From the NCBI GenBank assembly GCA_963840455.1, contig CAWIYV010000014.1, positions 32,001-96,000 of the forward strand: a DNA stretch of 64,000 nt, in the 5' to 3' direction. A program made the position numbers and the translations under genes. The DNA comes from Nitrospirota bacterium. GTDB taxonomy: Bacteria; Nitrospirota; UBA9217. Below, one piece after another: positions 50,397 to 61,900 of the stretch. Within the stretch, counting starts at the first letter, position 1. The number at the start of each line of letters is the position of its first letter. Below the pieces are notes generated by a model. That model was not told where the DNA came from. It did not search any database and was given only the letters and a program-made list of their open reading frames with translations.

Positions 50397-50767
50397 GTTC
50401 CTTTCCCTCCAACCAGTATCATGAATAAGTTCGGTTTCCCGAAGACCTGCATTTTAACCATATGGGGAGAAAAGTCAAGAGGATTTTAGTAACCTGAGTT
50501 GAATGATAAACAATATTGTTATAGAGACACAAAGGCCACAGAGGGAACCACGCTATCCCGGGAGTGAACTCTCTGACCAGAAATTTCTGATATATCGCAA
50601 TGGGTTCGACCGCATGTCCTGTGCCGTTCTCTGTGTCTCTGTGCCTCTGTGGTGCCTATTTTTTCTCTAACATATTGAAAAACGGGCAGATTACCCTTGA
50701 CTTTCCAAGGGACAGGGTGATATTATCTCCTTCCTGTTTTGACTACGCACATACGGGGAGCCTCTCA

Positions 50768-52540
<1,773 letters not shown>

Positions 52541-52691
52541 TATTTTCACCGCAGAGGACGCAGAGGGCGCAGAGAAAAACAACGAGCAACTGCAGTTCGC
52601 TTTCAGGAACTTGAAACGGCTGGTGTCCCCTGACCCCTCAGCGGTCTCCGCGATCTCTGCGGTAAACTTCTTAAGTTGATTGAAGGTATTC

Positions 52692-52859
52692 ATGAAGTGC
52701 AAGGCATGCGGCAAGGACGTGGTGCTCAAGATCGGCTGAAAGGTCGTGACCATGCGCTGCACGTGGTGCGGCAAGGAGTTCCCGATCAAGGAGTACCTGG
52801 ACGAGCTGGACGAGGAAACATGGGAAAAGATCGCCCGGCGGCCCTCCAACAGGGCGTAA
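52692..52859 (+). CDS. Small dual-CXXC (seleno)protein, TGA at 52737-52739
   Basis: MKCKACGKDVVLKIG-U-KVVTMRCTWCGKEFPIKEYLDELDEETWEKIARRPSNRA; SECIS-like hairpin at 52756-52772. Confidence 0.82.
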
Positions 52860-53178
52860 GCGCGAACATCCCGTTCCGGGCATATGCGGCCGGAACGTTC
52901 CGGCGGGAAGCAGGCGTCCCTGCATGGTGGAACGAGCAGCATTGATCAGGTTCGGAACGCCATCCTCCATACACAGGCGTCAGTCTCCGGGACGCGTTCA
53001 CGCTGCTTATCCCGCAACTTGCCGCAGAGAGCTTCAAACAGGTTGAAAAAACTCCTCTTCATTACCCGCCTTCTTATTCCCCGTTCTTATGAGGCCCATT
53101 CCTTGACACCTGTGCGTCCGTCTGCTACCTTTTAAGGGACACGAGCAGTTGTCGTGAACAATCAAGGAGGGATCGAAC

Positions 53179-53586
53179 ATGAAGAGCTTCAGGAAATTTG
53201 CAGTTTTGGCAGTGGTCGTCGCGTCGTTCCTGGCTGGAGGCATCGCCTTGGCTGACCATCACGCGGTCAAGGTAGCGAAGAAGGACGGGGTTGGGAGCTA
53301 TCTCACCGACATCAAGGGCATGACGCTCTATAATTTCAAGAAGGACACGCCGGGCAAGAGCGCCTGTGATGGGGGTTGTTTGGCGAACTGGCCCCTTTAC
53401 TTCGTAGAGTCGGTGGCGGCCAAGGACGGGCTGGATGCAAAGAACTTCGGCACCATCACCCGCGCGGACGGCAAGAAGCAGACGACCTACAAGGGGATGC
53501 CGCTGTACTTCTTCATCGGCGACAAGGCGCCCGGCGATACGAACGGACAGGGAGTGAAGGACATGTGGTCCGTCGTGAACCCGTAA
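53179..53586 (+). CDS. Secreted YxFxxD-repeat protein (COG4315-like)
   Basis: GMTLYNFKKD, C.GGC..NWP, R.DG.KQ.TYKGMPLY.F..D. Confidence 0.85.
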   Translation: MKSFRKFAVLAVVVASFLAGGIALADHHAVKVAKKDGVGSYLTDIKGMTLYNFKKDTPGKSACDGGCLANWPLYFVESVAAKDGLDAKNFGTITRADGKKQTTYKGMPLYFFIGDKAPGDTNGQGVKDMWSVVNP

Positions 53587-53673
53587 GGGACAAGGATCAG
53601 CGGAACTGTTCGGGGCCCCGTTCTCTGACGGGGCCTCTTTTTTGCGCAGTCGGGGACCATCCGCTGGATAACG

Positions 53674-54135
53674 ATGCCGGACTCATCGATGACACGAACA
53701 ATGGAAGACCGCGATCGTAACCAGGAAATACTGAACGACCTGAATCTCGGCATCAGCGAGCTTGATGATCAGCACCAGGCGTTCTTCCTGCACATGGTCG
53801 GCCTCCGCAGGGCCCTGGTCGACGGTGCCGGCGGAAGGGAAAAGCTCATGAAGACGCTCCGGTTCCTCGACTCCTTCATGGAAGACCATTTCGGCGCCGA
53901 AGAGAAATACATGCGGCGCCATAACTATCCCGGCATCCTGGTCCATAAGGCGGAGCATGACGCGTTTGCGAAGATCATCGCCGAATTCAAAAAAAAGACC
54001 TCGGACCTCGATGCCCAGGGAGAGGCCACGTCCTTCCTGGCAGTCGAGGTCACGCGCCGTCTAGAGAAGTGGCTCGAGGAACACATTCGGACGATCGACC
54101 GGAAAATGGCCGACTACCTGCACGAGCGGATGTGA
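53674..54135 (+). CDS. Bacteriohemerythrin
   Basis: DDQH, HF..EE.YM, H..EH, WL.EHI...D; start may be 53701. Confidence 0.88.
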   Translation: MPDSSMTRTMEDRDRNQEILNDLNLGISELDDQHQAFFLHMVGLRRALVDGAGGREKLMKTLRFLDSFMEDHFGAEEKYMRRHNYPGILVHKAEHDAFAKIIAEFKKKTSDLDAQGEATSFLAVEVTRRLEKWLEEHIRTIDRKMADYLHERM

Positions 54136-54433
54136 TCGATCGGCGGTCCGGCGATAGAACGGATAGAGAATTCATATAGTAAATGCAGAGAGCCGGAAGG
54201 ATGTTTCTTCCGGCTCTTGCTGTTTTCATTGTCTCAAAGATAGGGGATGGGGAAAAAGCTTCACCTTAAGTCGGTTGTAAATTGCACAACGATGAGCCAT
54301 AGCAGGAACAATCACATTCCAAAATGTCCAGCTCTCCTACGGCTACATTAATCATGGCATGCCGCTTATGAAAGAGAGAGGGCCGATTACCAAGCCGGCC
54401 CTCTCTGAATAAAACTGCATTTGACTCTTTCAC

Positions 54434-57400
54434 CTATTTAAACTTAAAGGCAGCTTCATGGATGTTTCCGTCTCCCAAGGTGAGAACCATCGTTCTACAC
54501 TGACCAGCATAGGTCTTGGATGTCTTCCAGTTGAACTGCCAGTAACCATCACCTAAGTACTGCAACCCGGAAGAGCCCGCTGCATACTCTTCAATGGCGG
54601 TTGCTGCGTCTCCTGAAAGGCTGTTACAGTTGATCAGGTACGATGCTAAGTCCCTGAAACTGGCCGGATCAGAGATCGGCGCTCCGTTTGCGTCAGTGAT
54701 CCGCCATTTGACGGGGATGGCCTGGCCGGCCTTTGCACTATTCACGACCTGGGGATTGTCGACCGGACTGAAGAACCCATAAAAGATATTATTGGGTTCT
54801 GCGACCACAAAGGGAGAAAGGCTTGAAGTCACACCGCAAATGGCATGCGAGATCGTATTGACCGATGTGGTGATGTCTTGCCATGCGGAACCGTTGTAAT
54901 GGAAGAGCTTCAGGTTCTGCTCGTTGGCCGGATTGGACATCGTAGCCGGATCGTAGACGATGCAGACGGTGACCGGGCCCGAGAAGGACGCCGTCGTGGT
55001 GATATCATAGGACGCGCCGTTCAGCATCCTGAAATTCGAAGGCAAAGGTGACGCAAGCGTCGTTATTGCCGTTGCCGTCACCGTGCCTTCCGCGGACGTG
55101 ACGCTCGTGAAACTGAGGTTTACATCGGCCGTTGGCGCCGCCGTGACGTTGTCCCCGTACGGGACCGCGGTCGTTCCTGAATTGCCCGATTCCGCACCGC
55201 CGCTGCCCGCGAGGCTAATCGTGAGCATGGGGACGTCAGGATCATTGGACGGAATCGCGACACTCCCTGTTTTCGTGCCCTCGGATACGGGCATGAAGGC
55301 AACCTGGAATGTGCAGATTTTCGTCGGGGCGAGCGTAACGCCGGAGCAGCGATCATTGAGAATTGAGAAATCATCGCCGGTTTTGGAAAGCGCGCCGAGA
55401 GTGAGATCGGCAGTGCCGCTGTTGGACAGCATGAACGATCTGATCGATGACATGTCCACGACCACAACCCCGAAGTCTTTCATGAACGCGACAAGATTGA
55501 TGACGGCCCGATCTGAGGGAACAATGGCCGGCCCGGTCGCTTCGAGGATACCGTCGATGTTCGACACATCGGCATCGGCCGGTACTGTGACGACGGATGC
55601 GTTGTCCAGGTCTGCGCTCCCGCCGTAGAAACGCCTTGCATAGAGCTGCGTCACGTCAATCGTGCCGCCCGTGATGACGGGGGGAGAAGGCCTAAATAGC
55701 ACTTTGTAGCTCCCTGGTGGGATACCCATTGCTGTATAGGCTCCCGTCGTGTTTGTTGGGGCCGATGCAATGCTGATTCCGTTCGGGCCAAGCACAATCG
55801 CGTAAGCAACGACAGGAAGCCCGTCCCTGTTGCTGATTCTTCCGGAAATGATCCTTCCGGGGATCATGGTGGCGTTTATTCCTGCTGTGGTGTCAGGAGC
55901 GGTCACCGTCGCGTAGGCAACCTGGGTCACCAGATTCTGAGCAGGCAGTGACCCTATCACGCTGCTTGCTATGAAACGGAGCTTGTACGTGCCACTCGGG
56001 ACATGCTGGACCGTATAGTTGCCCGCGGCATCGGTCCACCCGGCATCTACTCCTTGCTCATCAAGATCAGCAACTCTTACAGCTACATTCGCCATCCCCG
56101 TACCGTTCGTGTCAATAACCCCGCCGGACACCTGTCCAAACGGCGGATATACTGCGTCAAGCCCAATCGTTGAACCTTCATTTACGGCTATCAGATCGGC
56201 GCTTGCCATGCTGTGTTTTTGGTTATACCACTGATTCGATGTAATAACAGAGCCACCACTTGTACCGAGTGGCACCGGCTGATTGTAGAACTGCTCGATA
56301 TACGTTCCGGGGACGATATTGCTGAACAGATAATTGCCAGAGCTGCTTGTAACTCCATATATGCACGAAGGCCAGGAACATGACGGGCTCTCGTATTCGC
56401 GCATCACGCGTACAAACGCATTGGCAACGCCTGCACCGAATGAATCGGTGATTGTTCCGTAGATTGTTCCGGTCCCCAGGGTTAGTCTGGAAAAATTCAC
56501 CGTGACCGCGCGGGCGCTGGTTATGGACACAGTACAGGCGGCACCGATCGCGGAATCGCACCCTGTCCATCCGCTGAACGTGCTGTCGGAAGCAGCTACC
56601 GCATTGAGCGTGACCATCATACCAATGCTAAATTCCTGCCTGCACGTGCCGGAACAGTTGTAGCCGGGAGTGAACGTTACCGTTCCTGATCCTCCAGATC
56701 CGCTGCCGCTCATGGTCAAGCTCAGATCGTAAGAATTGCTTGGCTCAAGATAAGCAAATGCCTGTCCCACGGCGTCGGCTGGCAGCGGGTTAAGCTGGAC
56801 CTGCTTAGAGATGTAGCCGGGGGCTGAAACAGTGAGAAGCACCGCATCATTGGGCGCAACATTGATGACCGTGTACAAGCATGTTCCGGTACCGCTGCTG
56901 CAAGGCGGGGTGTACGTGACAGGGTAAGAGCTGCCCGGATTCAGCGTGCTCGCCGCGTACACTATCGGGTTTTTGATATTTTGAGTAGTTCCGGCATCGA
57001 GCGCTTGTCCACGAAGGGCGACATATCCCGGATTGACGCCCCATCCCGATACATCCGCATCAGTATAGATAATACGGTTGCCAAGTACGATTGAGGACGG
57101 CGGGTTAATGTCCTGCGAGTACCAGGTCCGGAATCCGGTCTTACTGATCGAGTACGCGAAGGTGACGCTCTGGGGGACTGAGAGGACAAAGGTCCCGGTC
57201 GCATCGGTAACAGCCTGGTACGACGGACTTCCCACGACTATCACCTGTGCGCCGACAACGGGGTTCCTCGCTGTATCAATGACGGTCTGGGTAAGGGTGA
57301 CTGTAATGCTCGCCGGCCCGAAGGAGGCGCTGATCGTATGGTCCATCCGCACATCGGTGAAGAGATAGCTCGTTTGCGCTCCCTTTGATACGCCGTCAAC

Positions 57401-57640
57401 AAGAACATCCGTTACGGTGTAGCCCGGGTCCATGGTGATGGTGTAACCCTGGACTCCACCGGGGGCTACCGTGACTGTGCCAGTGGGAGAGATGCTGCCG
57501 CCCGAGTTGGTTACGGATGCCGATATAGTAAAGGCGCTCGCCGAAGAGGCAGAGAAGACTGCCGCGGATAAAAACAACACGGTAACAGCAAGTAATCCAA
57601 TTTTTGAGAATCTCATATGTCGTACTGTTTTGCCTCTCAT
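54434..57640 (-). CDS. Secreted multidomain surface protein (stalk repeat, carboxypeptidase-regulatory-like domains, Ig/ASH-like domain, C-terminal PxKF-type domain)
   Basis: Signal peptide; G.I.GTITD..G..VA repeats; GFFSPVDN...AKAGQAIPVKW...WQFNWKT. Confidence 0.85.
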   Translation of the reverse strand: MRGKTVRHMRFSKIGLLAVTVLFLSAAVFSASSASAFTISASVTNSGGSISPTGTVTVAPGGVQGYTITMDPGYTVTDVLVDGVSKGAQTSYLFTDVRMDHTISASFGPASITVTLTQTVIDTARNPVVGAQVIVVGSPSYQAVTDATGTFVLSVPQSVTFAYSISKTGFRTWYSQDINPPSSIVLGNRIIYTDADVSGWGVNPGYVALRGQALDAGTTQNIKNPIVYAASTLNPGSSYPVTYTPPCSSGTGTCLYTVINVAPNDAVLLTVSAPGYISKQVQLNPLPADAVGQAFAYLEPSNSYDLSLTMSGSGSGGSGTVTFTPGYNCSGTCRQEFSIGMMVTLNAVAASDSTFSGWTGCDSAIGAACTVSITSARAVTVNFSRLTLGTGTIYGTITDSFGAGVANAFVRVMREYESPSCSWPSCIYGVTSSSGNYLFSNIVPGTYIEQFYNQPVPLGTSGGSVITSNQWYNQKHSMASADLIAVNEGSTIGLDAVYPPFGQVSGGVIDTNGTGMANVAVRVADLDEQGVDAGWTDAAGNYTVQHVPSGTYKLRFIASSVIGSLPAQNLVTQVAYATVTAPDTTAGINATMIPGRIISGRISNRDGLPVVAYAIVLGPNGISIASAPTNTTGAYTAMGIPPGSYKVLFRPSPPVITGGTIDVTQLYARRFYGGSADLDNASVVTVPADADVSNIDGILEATGPAIVPSDRAVINLVAFMKDFGVVVVDMSSIRSFMLSNSGTADLTLGALSKTGDDFSILNDRCSGVTLAPTKICTFQVAFMPVSEGTKTGSVAIPSNDPDVPMLTISLAGSGGAESGNSGTTAVPYGDNVTAAPTADVNLSFTSVTSAEGTVTATAITTLASPLPSNFRMLNGASYDITTTASFSGPVTVCIVYDPATMSNPANEQNLKLFHYNGSAWQDITTSVNTISHAICGVTSSLSPFVVAEPNNIFYGFFSPVDNPQVVNSAKAGQAIPVKWRITDANGAPISDPASFRDLASYLINCNSLSGDAATAIEEYAAGSSGLQYLGDGYWQFNWKTSKTYAGQCRTMVLTLGDGNIHEAAFKFK

Positions 57641-57835
57641 AGTGATCCTCCTTGATTCCTGGACTTTCAGCTGCTGAAAAGATTAAAGAGAATTTCTCTC
57701 GAACGTGCTGTCCGGCTTCATGAGCAGGGGGAGCCTTCCGGCTCTCCCTTGCCTGGACAGTATGTGGGCACCTTACTTCACATCACCTCCTTGTAAGTTA
57801 AAATATGCCTCCCTGTCTAGTCTCCTTTAAACTTA

Positions 57836-57953
57836 ACAAAATAAATAGGCCGAGCACACCAAAGGCGTCAACCTTCGGCAGCTCGGCCGTCTTGGTCTTT
57901 TAAGACCCGTCGCTTTCCGTCCCCCTCTCGCGAAGGGTTAGGCTTTATCGAGA
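57836..57953 (-). ncRNA. c-di-GMP-I (GEMM) riboswitch with overlapping terminator
   Basis: Minus strand: cgataaaGcc-taa-cccttc-GCGA-gagggg-gac-gg-aaa-gc...gccgagctgccga, followed by hairpin ggccgagc...gctcggcc and a T-rich tail. Confidence 0.88.
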
Positions 57954-58131
57954 ATCAGGTATATTCAATCACAGGCTATAGACGTTGTCAATTTCCAAAA
58001 TTTGCAATTGTTCACTTTATTGCATTTATGTAAAGTGAAAATGAGAATGGAAAATTTACCTCGAATGCGAAAAACCTATACCAGACTTTGTGGAGCGAAA
58101 GTCTTTACGCTCGGAGCTGGTGTCTAGATCG

Positions 58132-58509
58132 TTACCGACCGTAGATATGGACGACCTCCATGGACCACAGCCCAAATAGAGCGCTCCATTGCTCCAGGTC
58201 GGCATAATAAATGTTTGTCATTCCGTGCTCTTTGGCCACCTGGCCCAGCCCATTATTGCCCACGCGGACACTCAGGACGCTCGTGAGAGGATAGTTGACC
58301 TGGGTGATCCGGCCCTTTCCTTCCATCACGCTGTTCTTTATGTCAGTAATTTCCCGGTTCACGGTAAGCGGTTGCACGGTATGGGAATAAAGGCCTCCCC
58401 GAAGAGTAAAGGTTGGCGAGTTAGCCGGTGTGCCGGGAGCCCGGAGCAGTGAGCAGCCGGTCAGGAACAGTATCATCACTGATAGCAGTACGATAAGCCT
58501 GATAAGCAT
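58132..58509 (-). CDS. TRL-like lipoprotein
   Basis: Lipobox LTGC; GLYSHTVQPL; IYYAD...LFGLW....HIYG. Confidence 0.7.
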   Translation of the reverse strand: MLIRLIVLLSVMILFLTGCSLLRAPGTPANSPTFTLRGGLYSHTVQPLTVNREITDIKNSVMEGKGRITQVNYPLTSVLSVRVGNNGLGQVAKEHGMTNIYYADLEQWSALFGLWSMEVVHIYGR

Positions 58510-58520
58510 GTCTTCCTCCG

Positions 58521-58817
58521 TCAGTCACCGTATACGATCGTCGTGACCCGGCTATAGAGACCGAACAGGATCACCTGCATTTCCCTGTCCATGTGCGTGA
58601 TTACCGTCACATCGCCGCTCCGGGCAGCGCGCGCTTGTCCCGCGTCTCCCCACGCAAAGAGCCACAGGATCGAGTACATGGATGACTCTCCCTGCTTATG
58701 TCCCAAATCGTTCTTGTTCAATTCCGTGCTCAAGGGCATCGTAACGTTAGTATAGATGCACCCGTTCGCAGCGAGCATAGTTGTCACGAGGACAATGATC
58801 GAGAAGAAGTGTTTCAT
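58521..58817 (-). CDS. TRL-like family lipoprotein
   Basis: NGCIYTNVTMPL, SILWLFAWGDAG, TTIVYGD; ATG at 58817. Confidence 0.75.
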   Translation of the reverse strand: MKHFFSIIVLVTTMLAANGCIYTNVTMPLSTELNKNDLGHKQGESSMYSILWLFAWGDAGQARAARSGDVTVITHMDREMQVILFGLYSRVTTIVYGD

Positions 58818-58988
58818 GTCTGCTCCTTTCCCACTACGCATCCGCTAATGCGCGCTGCATTTTCTGACAATCTCATGCGGCACATAAAATCACGAGTGAA
58901 TGCGATAATCAGGTTGATAACCACAGATCGCTTCGACCAGGGTAGTTGCATGCTTCAGGAAAAAGTCTATACAGCCGCTTATCGTGTG

Positions 58989-61900
58989 TCAATGCAGTTT
59001 TTCGATCAACTCTTTCACCGTCACGAACAGGTCTCCCACTATGGGGTGAACTCTCGGCGCAGGGCGTGTCTGGTTCAGCTTCATGAGCGGCGCCTCGGGG
59101 TCCTTATTGAAGCAGAGAACCTCGGCGCGCGTCCCGAGATAGTCTATGTGCTGCGGTGCGCCGGAGATCCCGAGGCAGATGATGAGCTTCGGGTTGACGC
59201 GCACGCCGGTCTGGCCGATCTGCGCATCCAGCGGGAGCAGCTTCAGGTCCTGCGTCACTTTCCGCGTTGCTCCGAACATCGGGGCAAGCCCCATCCCTTC
59301 CAGCATCTTTTTCAAATCATTCGCCAGCGCGATCCCTGACCCATCCTTGACGCCGTAGCCCAGGTCGATGATCACCTCTGCGCTCGACAGGGTCGGCGGG
59401 GCAGGCGGCGGGAGCGGTGTGGTCCAGTCCGGCCCTGCCTCGCTGTCGATCTCCACGACCGTGAACTTGTCCCGGGGTGCCTGTGCGGGTAGGTCTGCAT
59501 CGCTGCTCATGGTCAGTAACGCGCTCCCGTCCCGTACCCGTTCCTGCCTCACCAGCCTGCCGGCGTAAACGGGCACGTCGATGTTGAGTGATCCGTCGGC
59601 GTTCCGATCAACATGGCTGATGTTGGTCACGATGCGGATCCTGCTGCCTGCCTCCTGCCCGCCTGCTGTAGTCGCGATTGCATCGTTCCAGCTTGCCCCC
59701 GCGATGATCATAGGTTCGCCTGATCGGGTCATGATGAGCTTGAGGACCTGTTGCATGCCGAAGCGGGAGAGAGCCCCATCCCTGGTGTCAATACAGAAAG
59801 CTCTCTCAGCGCCGTTCGCTTGGGCGAGGCCGAGCAGGGAAGGCCAGCTCTCACGGGGCGCGGACACCAGGCAACAGGAGGTCTTGCCGAGGAGGTCGGC
59901 TGCGATGCGGCCGGCCCTGAGCGCGGCCAGGCCTCCTTTCCTATCAAGGGGATCAAGGATCGACCATACAACAGGTCCAGGTGCCAACTGCCCTTTTCCG
60001 ATGGTTCCTGCGTAGGTTTCTGTCCTTGCAGCACTCGCTAGGGCAGCATACTCTTTGAGAAATGTCGCAGCGTCCTTGACCGAAGTGATGGTCCTGGTCC
60101 CGGCTGTTTTGCGCGCAGGCCGGGCGAAACGAGGCAGGGGGGAAGGCACGCCCGAAGAGCTCATCACCGAGATGTTCCGGGAAAGTCCGGCCACGAGGTC
60201 GCTGATGCTTTGCCCCAGCGGCATTGATCCGGTGGAGATGCCAATGATCGACGGGGTAGAAACGCCGTCAATGCCCGATGGGTCGGACTTCGCCCTCATG
60301 CGGGGGACAGGCAGGTAGTGCCGCTTCAGGCCTCCCGCGAGGAACGGTGCAAGGCCATGGTCGCCGTTAAGAGATTCTGCGCCAAGGACAATGAGGTCAT
60401 AGTTCCCGTCGAGCTCCAGATCCTTCACGGCACCAACAAAGGCAGTGAACTCCGCGGGGTCCCGGTCAAGCCGGACAAGCCGGTCCGCTGTCGGGGCCGC
60501 GGACCTGAGCAGCTGCTCCCGTTCAGCTCCAGCCGGCATGAGCACATGGACGGTCACGTTCGTGCCGCTTGCGGCCTTGAGCGCCAGCGCCTGGTCCAGC
60601 CCCGACCGATCAAGAGGGTCGATCTCCCAGACAAGCTCGCTGATTGCCCCGTTGTCGAGCCGCGGAAGGGGCGAGAGAACGGGGACCGGCCGGATGATGG
60701 AGAGGATGCGGAGCGGTGCACTGACCGCGCCGACCGTTTCCTGTTCGGCCCGGTCTTTCTTCGCAGCACGGTCCAGGACAGCGTCTGCTGCCCGCACTTC
60801 AGGAGCATCGAGGTCCCGGGAGAGCTGCTGCCATGCAGGAGCGAAAGCCTGGTCGAGATGTCCCAATTTCGCCAGCGCGCGTTCAGCAGCGCGCTGACCG
60901 GCCTGCAGCAGGGGATCGACATAGGCCGGCCCGAGGAGGTCCCTGCGTTCCGCAAGCCATTCACAGCGGTAGAAGACGCATTCGAGCCGCAGGACCTCTC
61001 CGGCCATCTCGGCAAGGGGGAAGAGCGCGGGCTGCAGCATGGCATCGGACCACGCGGCATCGCCAAGCTGTTCCCGGGCGGCCAGAACGTGCTTTCGCAG
61101 CAGGTTCTTCCATGCGCTGAGCGTCATGGCAGCGGTGTCCTGCGGCCGTTCAAGGATGCGGTCCGGCAGCTCGGGCCAGTCCGCTGCCTGGCTGATCAGG
61201 TCCTTCAGGATGAGGAAGCGCTGGACCTCGTTGGTCCCTTCGTAGATGTTCAGGATGCGGGCGTCGCGCCGGGCCTTTTCGAGCAGATACTGCTCGGTCT
61301 GCCCCACGGGTCCGTAGGCCCGTTCGATGAGCGAGATGATCTCGTGAACGTCCTCAGAACAGACGTACTTGGCGATGGCCGACTCCATGCGGACCGATTC
61401 ATGGGGGCGGTCGAAGAGCCCGATCAAGTAATAGGCCAGGGACTCGCTTCCGAACTGGATGGCAGCGGCCTCGCCAAGAAGCCTGTCCCGGACCTCCGAT
61501 TGCGGCAGGGCCTGCGATGCCTCTGCCATGAGCTTCCGCGCCAGGGCGCCGGCAACGACCGCGAGGCCGCAGCGGCCCACGTTCAGGGTCTCGAGGGCGT
61601 TCACCTGTCCGTGGCCTTCGTAGCCGATGATCGCCTCGCGCGGCACGCGCACATTGTCCAGCGAGATCTCGTTGGTCGGAGAGCCGCGCTGGCCCATCTT
61701 GCGCTCGTCGGCGCCCACCTTCAGGCCTTCAGCATGGCGGTCCACCATGAAGCCTGTGACGCCTTCGGGCGTCTGAGCAAAGAGGCAGAACTGCGTTGCC
61801 AGGCTGCCGTTGGTGATCCACATCTTGGAGCCCGTGAGGCTGTAGTACGCGTAGTGGGGTCCGGTGCCCGTGGTCCGGACCTGGCCGATGTCATGGAACT

